Shown: positions 45,413-53,773 of the stretch, piece by piece
Layout of the letters: each line of letters begins with the position of its first letter
How positions within the stretch are numbered: position 1 is the first letter of the stretch
DNA from: an uncultured Pseudomonadota bacterium
Lineage (GTDB): Bacteria > SAR324 > NAC60-12
Direction: 5' to 3'
Assembly (NCBI GenBank): GCA_913020725.1
Contig: CAJWCD010000006.1
Span: 1-53,773 of the forward strand
Length of the DNA: 53,773 bases
Translations under genes and position numbers: made by a program
The notes under the pieces: generated by a model
The model's database searches: none
The model's input: only the letters and a program-made list of their open reading frames with translations
Told to the model about the DNA's origin: nothing

Positions 45413-46960
45413 TCAGTAGGCTTCATTCAAGCCCTGATCCTCCGGGATTTCCCATTCGCGCCGGGCGATGTAGTCCAGCAGTTCCTCGTTTTTGGCCTCG
45501 TCCAGTTTGGGTTCCTCGTAGTCTCGTAGCAGTTTTTTGGCGTGTTCCAACGCACGTTCCGTGATCTCTTGCGAGCCTTCCGCTTTCCACTGTTCGATGG
45601 AGTTGTTGTCGAAGAGTTGGGGCATGAAGAAGGCGCGTTCAAAGTTTTCGAGCGTATGCGGATGGCCAAGGTAGTGTCCACCGGGGCCGATGTCGCGGAT
45701 GGCGGCAAGGGCTTCGTCAAAGTCATCCCAGCGTGGGCCTTCGGTCATGCGGTAGCCCATCGCGCACTGTTCGGCATCAACCACGAATTTGGCAATCGAA
45801 CAGTGCATCCCGGCCTCGTTCCAGCCCGCAGAATGCCAGAGGTAGTGCGCTCCGGAGAGCAGCACCGCCATCATCGTCGAGGCGCTTTCATAGCCTGCTT
45901 GCGCGTCAAAGGTCTTGGCGCCGCCCAGCGTGTTGGAGGTGCGCCACGGCACCTTGTAGAACCGTGCCAGCTGCCCGATCATGAAGTTCATCAGCGAGAT
46001 TTCCGGAGTCCCCGCCATTGGTGCGCCGGACTGCATGGAGACGGTCGAGAGGTAGTGCCCGTAAATCGCGGGGGTGCCCTTGCGCACCACCTGCGTGTAG
46101 GCGAGGGCTGAAAGCGCCTCGGCGTTGAGTTGCACCACTGCCGGAACCACGGAAGCCGGGGTGTTGGCCCCACCCAGCACAAACGGAGAGCAGAGCACAG
46201 GTTGGTTTCGTCGTCCAAACGCCCGCAGGGCGCCGAGCATGGTCGCGTCCCAGACCAGCGGCGAGTTGCCGTTGATGTTGCCCGTCACCACCGGATGCTC
46301 TTCCATGAAATCCGCCCCGAACAGAATCGCGCAGAGGTCTAGCACGTCCTCGGCGTTCTTCCCGGAAGTCGTCATGCCCATGAAGGTCTTGTCCGAGTGC
46401 TTCATGGAGGAGTAGGTGATGCGCAGGTGTCGGTGCGGCACGGGATGATCCATCGGCTCCACAATGTGATGTGCGGAGGAATGGATCGCGGGGAGCATCT
46501 GGCAGAGCTTGTGGAAGATGCCCAAATCCTCAAGGGTCGGATAACGCCGGACATCGTCAAGATCGCGCAGGTAGGGCGCTCCGGTCATGGGCACGAAGAT
46601 CGAGTTCGGCCCACCCAGCTCAACGGTCTTCTCCTGATCGCGGGCCTGAAGCGTGATGGTGGCAGGAATGCTGGAAATCAGTTCCCGGATGTGCCCCCGG
46701 TCGAAGTACACGCGCTCGCCATCGACTCGGACTCCGGCTTTTCTCCAGTCTTCCAGCGCGATGGGGTCCCGGAAGACCACGCCGACCTCTTCAAGAATGC
46801 GCATGGACTCGTGGTCAATGCGCTCGATCTGCTGTTGATCCAGCGGTTCGACAATCGGCAGGTTGCGGGAGAGGTGCCCCAGCATGGGGTCTCGGCGCTC
46901 GGCGCTGGAGCGGCGGCGGGCTTGACTGCCCCCGCGCTTGCGTGGACGGGATGCGCTCAT
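45413..46960 (-). CDS. MttB-superfamily methyltransferase without pyrrolysine (quaternary-amine type)
   Basis: RILEEVGV.F, NGNSPLVWD, PFVLGGANTP, SGAPMAGTPE, DAQAGYES, GPGGHYLGHPHT. No in-frame TAG. Confidence 0.9.
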   Translation of the reverse strand: MSASRPRKRGGSQARRRSSAERRDPMLGHLSRNLPIVEPLDQQQIERIDHESMRILEEVGVVFRDPIALEDWRKAGVRVDGERVYFDRGHIRELISSIPATITLQARDQEKTVELGGPNSIFVPMTGAPYLRDLDDVRRYPTLEDLGIFHKLCQMLPAIHSSAHHIVEPMDHPVPHRHLRITYSSMKHSDKTFMGMTTSGKNAEDVLDLCAILFGADFMEEHPVVTGNINGNSPLVWDATMLGALRAFGRRNQPVLCSPFVLGGANTPASVVPAVVQLNAEALSALAYTQVVRKGTPAIYGHYLSTVSMQSGAPMAGTPEISLMNFMIGQLARFYKVPWRTSNTLGGAKTFDAQAGYESASTMMAVLLSGAHYLWHSAGWNEAGMHCSIAKFVVDAEQCAMGYRMTEGPRWDDFDEALAAIRDIGPGGHYLGHPHTLENFERAFFMPQLFDNNSIEQWKAEGSQEITERALEHAKKLLRDYEEPKLDEAKNEELLDYIARREWEIPEDQGLNEAY

Positions 46961-47151
46961 GATCAAGTCCTTAGCGATTGGAAAGGTTTCGGCAAATGGA
47001 AGAACCACCCAGCCCCGTTGTCTTCTGCAAAAGTTACTGCAAAATGATGAGGGATCTTGTTGATTTTCTCCAGCTCTCAAGCTACGCTTTCCTCAATGTT
47101 ACCAACCGGCCCCTCCAATGCCCACTCACCTGATTGCCACAGGAGTCACCC

Positions 47152-47910
47152 ATGTTGTTGAATCTGCAATCCCTGCCTTACGAACTCAATCCGGAAATTC
47201 GCTCGCGTGCGGCGATCGGGTTGCTCACGCTGGCGACCGATCAGGTGATCGAGCACGAGTTCCGGCTGCTGCTCAATCTCCCCGGTGTGGCGACCTACGG
47301 CGCTCGGCTGGCGAACGAGGCGACAATCACGCCGGAAACCCTGCGGGCGATGCGGGACAAACTCGCCGATTGCGCGAACGTGATTCTGCCCGGCATGTCG
47401 TTGGACGTGATCGGCTACGGCTGCACTTCCGGATCACTCTACATCGGAGAGGACGAGGTGAAGCGTTGTATCCGTTCGGTGCGTCCGGAGGCGAAAACCA
47501 CTAACCCGGTCACAGCAGCGCTGGCGGCATTTGCCGCCCTGAACACCCGCAGTTTCGCACTGCTCACGCCCTACCGCGATGAGATCAATCAGGAACTGCG
47601 GAATTTCTTTGAATCGAAAGGGTTTGCGGTGCCTGTGATGGGATCATTCAACGAGGAGGATGACAACAAGGTCGGACAGATGACCCCGGAGTGCATCGGA
47701 CAGGCGGTGCTGAAACTAGGAAAGCACGAAGCGGTGGACGCGGTGTTTGTCTCCTGCACCAACCTGCGCATCGCTGCCGAAGTGCAACGCTTGGAAGTCG
47801 CATTGGGCAAGCCGATCACCTCCAGCAACCACGCCCTCGCGTGGCACTGCCTGCGGCTTGCAGGGGTCAACGATGCCCTGCCGCAGTTCGGGCAGCTTTA
47901 CACGGTCTGA
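47152..47910 (+). CDS. Asp/Glu racemase, maleate isomerase/EutA-like family
   Basis: GLLTLATD, YGCTSGS, LTPY, FVSCTNL, SSNHAL (two catalytic Cys); AGGAG RBS. Confidence 0.88.
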   Translation: MLLNLQSLPYELNPEIRSRAAIGLLTLATDQVIEHEFRLLLNLPGVATYGARLANEATITPETLRAMRDKLADCANVILPGMSLDVIGYGCTSGSLYIGEDEVKRCIRSVRPEAKTTNPVTAALAAFAALNTRSFALLTPYRDEINQELRNFFESKGFAVPVMGSFNEEDDNKVGQMTPECIGQAVLKLGKHEAVDAVFVSCTNLRIAAEVQRLEVALGKPITSSNHALAWHCLRLAGVNDALPQFGQLYTV

Positions 47911-47932
47911 TTGAACGGAACCGATGGGACTT

Positions 47933-48907
47933 TTACACCAAGTGGCAGGCCACCCGGTGTCCGGATTCAACGGCACGCAGGGCGGGGGTCTCAGTCCCAC
48001 AGTGTTCTTCTGCGAGCGGACAGCGGGAGGCGAAGCGGCATCCCGGAGGCGGGTCCACCGGACTCGGCGGCTCGCCCATGATGCCGATTTGTTTGGTGCG
48101 CCGACGGTTGGGATCCGCGGACGGCACCGAGGCAAGCAAGCCCTTGGTGTAGGGATGCAGGGGGTTCTGGAAGAGCGAAATCCGGTCGGTTTGCTCCACA
48201 ATCTGTCCGGCGTACATGACCGCGATCTCGTCGCACATGTGCTGGACGACCCCGAGGTCGTGGGAGATGAAGAGGTAGGTCAGCCCCATCTCCTGCTGAA
48301 GCCGCCGGAGCAGGTTGAGGATTTGCGCCTGCACCGCAACATCGAGTGCAGAAACCGGCTCGTCACAGATCAACAAATCCGGATGCGAGGCCAAGGCGCG
48401 GGCGATGCCAAGGCGTTGGCGCTGCCCTCCGGAAAACTGGTGTGGGAACAGTCGTTCCTGCTCCAAACTCAAGCCCACCTGCCCAAACAACTCGGTGACA
48501 CGCTGACTGCGTTCGGCAAGGGTGCCGATCTTGAGACGATCCAAGGCTTCCCGGACAATTCTCCCGGCCCGTAGCCTTGGGTTCAGCGCAGAGTAAGGGT
48601 CTTGAAAAACAAACTGCATGTGCTGTCGCTGACTCCGGAGGGCTTCCCCTTCCAGCCCCAACACTTCGGTTCCCTTGATTTTCACCGAACCACCGTTGGC
48701 CGCAACCAACCGCGCAATCGCCAAGCCCGTCGTTGTTTTTCCTGAACCCGATTCTCCCACCAAGCCCAGTGTCCTGCCGCGTTCAATCGTGAAAGAAATT
48801 CCGTCCACCGCGTGCACATGGCTGGGCCTCTCAAAGAGGTGCTTGCGCTTCATCCGGAAACGCACTTCCAAGTCGTTGACCTCAAGAACAGTGGCTGCGG
48901 TGGTCAT
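47933..48907 (-). CDS. Peptide/nickel ABC transporter ATPase (DppF-like)
   Basis: GESGSGKTT, FSGGQRQR, CDEPVSALD, PPPGCRFASRCP. Confidence 0.93.
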   Translation of the reverse strand: MTTAATVLEVNDLEVRFRMKRKHLFERPSHVHAVDGISFTIERGRTLGLVGESGSGKTTTGLAIARLVAANGGSVKIKGTEVLGLEGEALRSQRQHMQFVFQDPYSALNPRLRAGRIVREALDRLKIGTLAERSQRVTELFGQVGLSLEQERLFPHQFSGGQRQRLGIARALASHPDLLICDEPVSALDVAVQAQILNLLRRLQQEMGLTYLFISHDLGVVQHMCDEIAVMYAGQIVEQTDRISLFQNPLHPYTKGLLASVPSADPNRRRTKQIGIMGEPPSPVDPPPGCRFASRCPLAEEHCGTETPALRAVESGHRVACHLV

Positions 48908-49908
48908 GGCAAAGCACGCTCGGCGTTCAGGTTTTCCACCCAGCAGGCGGCGAGGTGTCCGTGCGCTCGTTCTCCGTCCACGGGCCGCTCGTTGCGGCAG
49001 TGTTCCTCGACAAACTTGCAGCGCGGCGCGAACAGGCATGCGTTGCGCCCGAAATGCTGCATGGGCGGAACCATGCCCGGAATCTCCAGCAGGTCGTGCC
49101 GTTGCGGGGAGATCGTTTCCGTGAGATGCGGCACACAGGCAATCAAACCTTGCGTGTAGGGATGCTGGGGGTTGGTCAGCACTTCCCGCACCGGGCCTTC
49201 CTCCACCTTGCGCCCGGCGTACATGACCATCACGCGCTCCGCCATTTCGGCGACCGAAGCTATGTCGTGCGTGATCAGGATGATCGAGGTTCCGGTCTGC
49301 TCCCGGAGTTCCTGAAGCAGTTCGAAGATGTGCGCCTGCACGGTCACGTCCAGCGCCGTGGTCGGCTCGTCCGCAATCAGCACCTTGGGCTTGCAGGCGA
49401 GAGCAATGGCGATCATGACCCGCTGCCGCATTCCTCCGGAGAACTGATGGGGGTAGTCGTTGACCCGTCGGTCCGGCAGTGGAATCTTGACCGCTTCCAA
49501 AAGCCGAACCGCCTGTTGCTTCGCTTCACGCTTGCTCAGTCCTTGGTGGGCGCACAGCACTTCGGCGATCTGCTCACCCACGCTGAAGACGGGGTTCAGC
49601 GAGGTCATCGGTTCCTGAAAGATCATCGAGATCTCGCTGCCTCGGATGCCCCGCATCCGTGCTTCCGAGGCCAGCACCAAGTCTTCTCCGGAGAGTCGAA
49701 TCGTGCCACCCGTGACGCTGCCCTGCTCCGGCATCAGCCTCATGATCGCCAGCGAGGTCATCGTTTTCCCGCAGCCGGACTCCCCGACAATCCCCAGAAT
49801 CTCTCCCGGCGCGATGCCGAAGGAAACGTCGTCAATCACCGGAATCCGCCCGAAGCGGGTCTTGAAGGTGACGGTCAGGTTCTCGACGGAGAGGATCGGG
49901 TCGGGCAT
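48904..49908 (-). CDS. Peptide/nickel ABC transporter ATPase (DppD-like)
   Basis: [36 protein letters not shown]. Confidence 0.94.
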   Translation of the reverse strand: MPDPILSVENLTVTFKTRFGRIPVIDDVSFGIAPGEILGIVGESGCGKTMTSLAIMRLMPEQGSVTGGTIRLSGEDLVLASEARMRGIRGSEISMIFQEPMTSLNPVFSVGEQIAEVLCAHQGLSKREAKQQAVRLLEAVKIPLPDRRVNDYPHQFSGGMRQRVMIAIALACKPKVLIADEPTTALDVTVQAHIFELLQELREQTGTSIILITHDIASVAEMAERVMVMYAGRKVEEGPVREVLTNPQHPYTQGLIACVPHLTETISPQRHDLLEIPGMVPPMQHFGRNACLFAPRCKFVEEHCRNERPVDGERAHGHLAACWVENLNAERALP

Positions 49909-49914
49909 CGTCGT

Positions 49915-50808
49915 TCAGCGCTGCCGCAGTTTGGGATTAAGCGCATCGTTCAGCCCATCACCCACCAGACTGATGGCCAGCACGGTGATGAAGATCGCCA
50001 GTCCGGGATACATGATCATGAAGCTCTCCTGCAAGATGTACTGGCGGTTGTTCCCCATGATTGCCCCCCAACTCATCACGTTGGGGTCGCTGAGTCCAAG
50101 AAAGCTGAGTCCGGCTTCAAAAAGGATCGCAGAGCCGATCATCAACGTGGCTTGCACCACAATGGGCGGCAGCGCGTTGGGCAGGATCACCTGCAAAATC
50201 AGGTAAAAATTCCGCGCACCGACCGAGCGCGCAGCGGTCACATACTCCAACTCCCGGATGCGCAAAAACTCCGCTCGCGTGATCCGGGCCACCGCCGTCC
50301 AACTGACGATGCCGATGGCGAAGGTAATGACCGGAAGCGATGCACCAAAGAGTGCAACGATGACCATTGAGAAGAGCAGAGTCGGCAGCACCTGAAAAAA
50401 CTCGGTGATGCGCATCAGGATTTCTTCCACCCAGCCCCGGTAGAATCCGGACAACGCGCCGATGGTGATGCCGATGAAGACGCTGAGCAAGGCCGCGGCA
50501 CAGCCCACCGCAAGGGTCGCCTTGCCGCCGTGGATGATTTGGGCCAGCAGGTCACGTCCCAGATAATCGGTTCCCAAAACGAAGCCTTCCTCTCCGGGCT
50601 GGGAGAAAGGCGCCCAGACCATTTCAAAAGGATCGGTGGTGTAAACCAGTGGGCCGATCAGCGACACCGCCACAATGACCAACAGTACGGACAGGCCCGC
50701 TACTGCCGAGTAGTTCTTGACGAACATGCGGGCAGTTTCCATCAGCGGGTGCTCCTCCCGGATGGTTTCCAATTCAGCCTTGGATTGGGCGGCAGGCTGC
50801 TCAGGCAC
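49915..50808 (-). CDS. Peptide/nickel ABC transporter permease (DppC-like)
   Basis: LGTDYLGRD, EYVTAARSVGA, EAGLSFLGL, GDGLNDALNP. GTG start inferred. Confidence 0.92.
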   Translation of the reverse strand: MPEQPAAQSKAELETIREEHPLMETARMFVKNYSAVAGLSVLLVIVAVSLIGPLVYTTDPFEMVWAPFSQPGEEGFVLGTDYLGRDLLAQIIHGGKATLAVGCAAALLSVFIGITIGALSGFYRGWVEEILMRITEFFQVLPTLLFSMVIVALFGASLPVITFAIGIVSWTAVARITRAEFLRIRELEYVTAARSVGARNFYLILQVILPNALPPIVVQATLMIGSAILFEAGLSFLGLSDPNVMSWGAIMGNNRQYILQESFMIMYPGLAIFITVLAISLVGDGLNDALNPKLRQR

Positions 50809-51781
50809 TGGAGGTCTTGATGCGAGGGTCAATGATCCGGTACACGAGATCGGTGAGCAGGTTGGCGATCACGACCACCAGCGAGGAGAAGAAGAGGATG
50901 CCGAGAATCGTGGGGGTGTCGCGGGCGACAATGGACTGCACCGCCAGCATTCCTAGTCCCGGCCAACTGAACACCGTTTCCACCAGCACCGCGCCGGAAA
51001 TGACTCCGGAAAACACCAGCCCGGCCATCGTCACCACCGGGAGCAGCGCGTTGCGCAGGGCGTGCTTGTACACGACCAAAAACTCCGAAAGCCCCTTGGC
51101 CTGGGCGGTGCGCACATAGTCCGAACCCAGCACGTCCAACATGCTCGCCCGCGCCAAACGGCTGTAGAGCGCAACGAAGATGGAAGCGAGGGTGATAGAG
51201 GGCAGCACCAGATGGTGCAGCACGTCGAGAACGTGAGCGAATCCCTCGCGCTCCACTGAGACATCCATCAGGCCAGCAATGGGAAAGATTGGAAAGGTTG
51301 AGGAAAAGAGGATGATCAGCATGATTCCCGTCCAGAACACCGGAGCGGAGTAGCCCACCAGCGCCAGCACGGTGACGAAGTGGCTGGTGAGTCCATGGGG
51401 ATTGCGGGCAGCAATCACGCCCAGTACGATCCCAACCGTAATCGCCAACACCTGTGCGCTCAGCACCAGCAGGAGCGTGGCGGGCAGGCGTTCGAGGATC
51501 AGGTCGGTAACGGAGATGTTGTAGTAGAAGGAGTAGCCCAGATCGAGGGTGGCGACCTTGGCGAGGTACTTCAGCAACTGCTGCCAGACGGGTAGGTCCA
51601 GCCCGTAGTCCTTTCGGATCGCGGCCATTATCTCCTCATCGGCACCTCCGGCATCAATGGCGATGGTGTCCGCAATGTCCCCCGGTGCAAGGTGCATTAG
51701 GCAGAAGTTCAGCACCAGCACGGCCAGTAGCAGCACTAGCCCGAAACCGACCCGCTTTATCGTGATCGAGAGAAATTGCAC
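50801..51781 (-). CDS. Peptide/nickel ABC transporter permease (DppB-like)
   Basis: LAPGD, GLDLP, DYVRTAQAKGL, HALRNALLP, ETVFSWPGLG, DPRI. GTG start inferred. Confidence 0.92.
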   Translation of the reverse strand: MQFLSITIKRVGFGLVLLLAVLVLNFCLMHLAPGDIADTIAIDAGGADEEIMAAIRKDYGLDLPVWQQLLKYLAKVATLDLGYSFYYNISVTDLILERLPATLLLVLSAQVLAITVGIVLGVIAARNPHGLTSHFVTVLALVGYSAPVFWTGIMLIILFSSTFPIFPIAGLMDVSVEREGFAHVLDVLHHLVLPSITLASIFVALYSRLARASMLDVLGSDYVRTAQAKGLSEFLVVYKHALRNALLPVVTMAGLVFSGVISGAVLVETVFSWPGLGMLAVQSIVARDTPTILGILFFSSLVVVIANLLTDLVYRIIDPRIKTSSA

Positions 51782-51837
51782 GACGCTTGGAGAAAAGGAG
51801 TATGGTTCTTTCAAAGACTGTAGTCTCGCGATCCCCT

Positions 51838-51896
51838 TTCGTGCTGAGCTTGTCGGAGCATGAGCGGGGTTCGTCCTTCGACAAGCTCAGGACGAA
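51838..51896. repeat. REP-like inverted doublet
   Basis: TTCGTGCTGAGCTTGTCGGAGCA (51838-51860) inverted against TCCTTCGACAAGCTCAGGACGAA (51874-51896). Confidence 0.8.
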
Positions 51897-51908
51897 CGGA
51901 GAAACCAT

Positions 51909-51939
51909 GAGTGCCCGCTCCCTGAGGCAACGGGCACTC
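51909..51939 (-). terminator. Stem-loop after the substrate-binding gene (attenuator or mRNA stabiliser)
   Basis: GAGTGCCCG...CGGGCACTC 9-bp stem with no strong U-tract. Confidence 0.5.
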
Positions 51940-51959
51940 GGATCATTGGCGGGTGAAAC

Positions 51960-53540
51960 CTACTTCAGATAGACTTCATCCAGCGGAGAAGACGCCCCCC
52001 AAATGGTCTGGGGAGGATTGCCTACCTTGGTGTGGTTGTAAATGGTGTGGTAGGGGAGGGTGTGGGTCCAGTAAACCGGCAAGTCTTCGGCCAGTATTTT
52101 CTGGGCAATGGAGTAGAGTGCGATGCGTTTCTCTTGGTCGTTCTCCTTTCCAGCTAGGTCCAGCACCGAATCAACGATTGGGTTGCAGTACTGCTGGGTG
52201 TTCGACCAGATCACGCCGTTCTTGGCGTTGTTGCACAGGTAGGTGCGGTGGACACCAATCACGGGGTCGCCCCAATTGAAGACTACGTCCCACGTCATAT
52301 CGAAATCCCAAGTGGAAATGCGCTTGGCCCAAGACGGGAAATCAGGAGAGGCCCGCACGGTCACGTCAATGCCGATCTTTTTGAGCTGAGGCTTGAGGTA
52401 CTCGGCGAGATTTTTGACTCCCGCCCAACCGTAGTCAATGTGGAGCTTGAAGCGCATGCCGTCGCTCCCCCGCGCATAGCCCGCTTCATCAAGGATGGCA
52501 TTGGCCTTGTCGAGATCAAGGTCGTAGCGAGCCACGTTTGGCTCATGGAAGACACTGTCCGGGTGAATACCAGTGTACGCTGGCTTCGAGGAGCCGAGCA
52601 TGATCGCCTTGACGATGAAGTTGCGGTCCACCGCATGGGCGATGGCCTGCCGAACACGCTTGTCGCTTGTCGGCTCACGCTTGGTGTTGAACGCCAACCA
52701 GACGATCGGGCCAATCGCAGCATAGCCCTGATCGGTTGCCGTCAGGTGCGCTTCCTTCTTGGAGTAGTTGATGTCCTGCGGCAACGCTTCAAACGGTGAG
52801 ATGTGAATCTCACCATTCTTGAGGCCCAAGACCCGTACGGAGCCGTCCTTGATAATACGTTGCACGATCTTGTCCAGATACGGACGACCCTTGATGAAGA
52901 AGCCGTCATAGCGCTCCAGAATGATGTGCTGATCGCGGACGAACTCCACCAGCTTGAACGGTCCGGAACCGACGACGTTCTCAGAGTTGCGCGGATGCTT
53001 CTTGGGATTCTGGCCATCTCCGTAGATGTGTTCCGGAATCACTGCGCCCAACTGGGACGAGAGTGCCAGTAACAACGCAGGGTGCGGCTTGGAGAGCTTG
53101 ATCACCGCCGTGTGCTTGTCCGGAGTCTCAACGTCTTTCACCGGAGCAAACATTGTCTTGAACGGATGGTGCGCCTTGATCGTCTTGATGGAAAACTGGA
53201 CATCCTTGGAGGTGATCGGAACCCCATCGTGGAAGGTTGCGCCCTCCACGAGGTTGAGCGTCACCGAGAGACCGTCGTCGGCAATGCTCCAGGACTTCGC
53301 CAGATAGGGTTGCGGGTTCCAGTTCTCGTCAAAGCGCAGGGGAGTCGCAAAAAGCTGCGCGCCGGGCATTCCGGTAGCAATACCGGACTGCACCGCAGGG
53401 TTGAGGTGCCGGGGCGTTCCGCTGACACTCCAGATCAGGGTGCCACCGCGTTTTGGGGTGCCAGCCTGCACGTTGGCAACAGTTAGTGCCAGCAACACCG
53501 TTCCCAACAGGGCAATGAATTTCATCGTTCGCGATCGCAT
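51960..53540 (-). CDS. ABC transporter substrate-binding protein, family 5 (DppA-like)
   Basis: Signal peptide, PKRGGTL, PYLAKSW, ATFHDGVPITSKDV.FS, VGSGPFKL, RVRQAIAHAVDR. Confidence 0.94.
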   Translation of the reverse strand: MRSRTMKFIALLGTVLLALTVANVQAGTPKRGGTLIWSVSGTPRHLNPAVQSGIATGMPGAQLFATPLRFDENWNPQPYLAKSWSIADDGLSVTLNLVEGATFHDGVPITSKDVQFSIKTIKAHHPFKTMFAPVKDVETPDKHTAVIKLSKPHPALLLALSSQLGAVIPEHIYGDGQNPKKHPRNSENVVGSGPFKLVEFVRDQHIILERYDGFFIKGRPYLDKIVQRIIKDGSVRVLGLKNGEIHISPFEALPQDINYSKKEAHLTATDQGYAAIGPIVWLAFNTKREPTSDKRVRQAIAHAVDRNFIVKAIMLGSSKPAYTGIHPDSVFHEPNVARYDLDLDKANAILDEAGYARGSDGMRFKLHIDYGWAGVKNLAEYLKPQLKKIGIDVTVRASPDFPSWAKRISTWDFDMTWDVVFNWGDPVIGVHRTYLCNNAKNGVIWSNTQQYCNPIVDSVLDLAGKENDQEKRIALYSIAQKILAEDLPVYWTHTLPYHTIYNHTKVGNPPQTIWGASSPLDEVYLK

Positions 53541-53773
53541 TGAAAGCCTCTTCTAAAGGATTAAAAAAAGGAGGACCCACCGAAAACGTGTAAGGCTCAC
53601 GACGCTTGCGGTAACCTGACAGATTGTACTCCGGCCTCCCAGAGCAGTCAAATTCTAAGTGTAACTCCGAAAAATGTCAAAGAGTAGACCCTATCGGTAA
53701 TAGAACCACCTGTGCTACCCTGGGTAGGCACGACCAACACAGGAAGCCCCAATGATCAGCCACGCCAAGATTT

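Noticed and set aside
45413..46960. Pyrrolysine-containing trimethylamine methyltransferase
   Set aside because: No in-frame TAG and no pyl genes in the window.
1..53773. CRISPR array, rRNA or intact IS transposase
   Set aside because: No regularly spaced repeat-spacer units, rRNA-like sequence or transposase ORF seen.
53752..53773. Possible start of a divergent plus-strand gene
   Set aside because: Only seven codons are visible at the window edge.

Overview
Bacterial chromosomal window, GC-rich overall. The gene content resembles a marine deltaproteobacterial-type (SAR324-like) genome, but that assignment is inference. The left end (1-~1980) is the edge of an element integrated at a tRNA-Ser(CGA). 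It carries an intact tyrosine integrase of 571 aa with no alanine at all, because the DNA has no GpC dinucleotide from 70 to 1981. This is the most striking signal in the window. Housekeeping genes: moeA, lpxD, yggT, cpoB-like, bamD, metC, queF, scpB, glyQ/glyS, era, rnpB, typA. Metabolic clusters: HMG-CoA lyase plus acyl-CoA synthetase; a Tat-less molybdoenzyme with a ferredoxin-NrfD fusion and TauE; a Dpp-type ABC transporter with racemase, MttB, DapA-like and FAD-oxidoreductase genes. Features the ORF track misses or splits: a membrane-anchored UxxC thioredoxin-fold selenoprotein candidate with a SECIS-like hairpin, a truncated and frameshifted nirK relic, a decayed toxin-antitoxin module between glyQ and glyS, a His-less truncated-globin-like lipoprotein, REP-like palindromes and a strong excess of TCCGGA. 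All calls come from reading motifs by eye; no searches were run.
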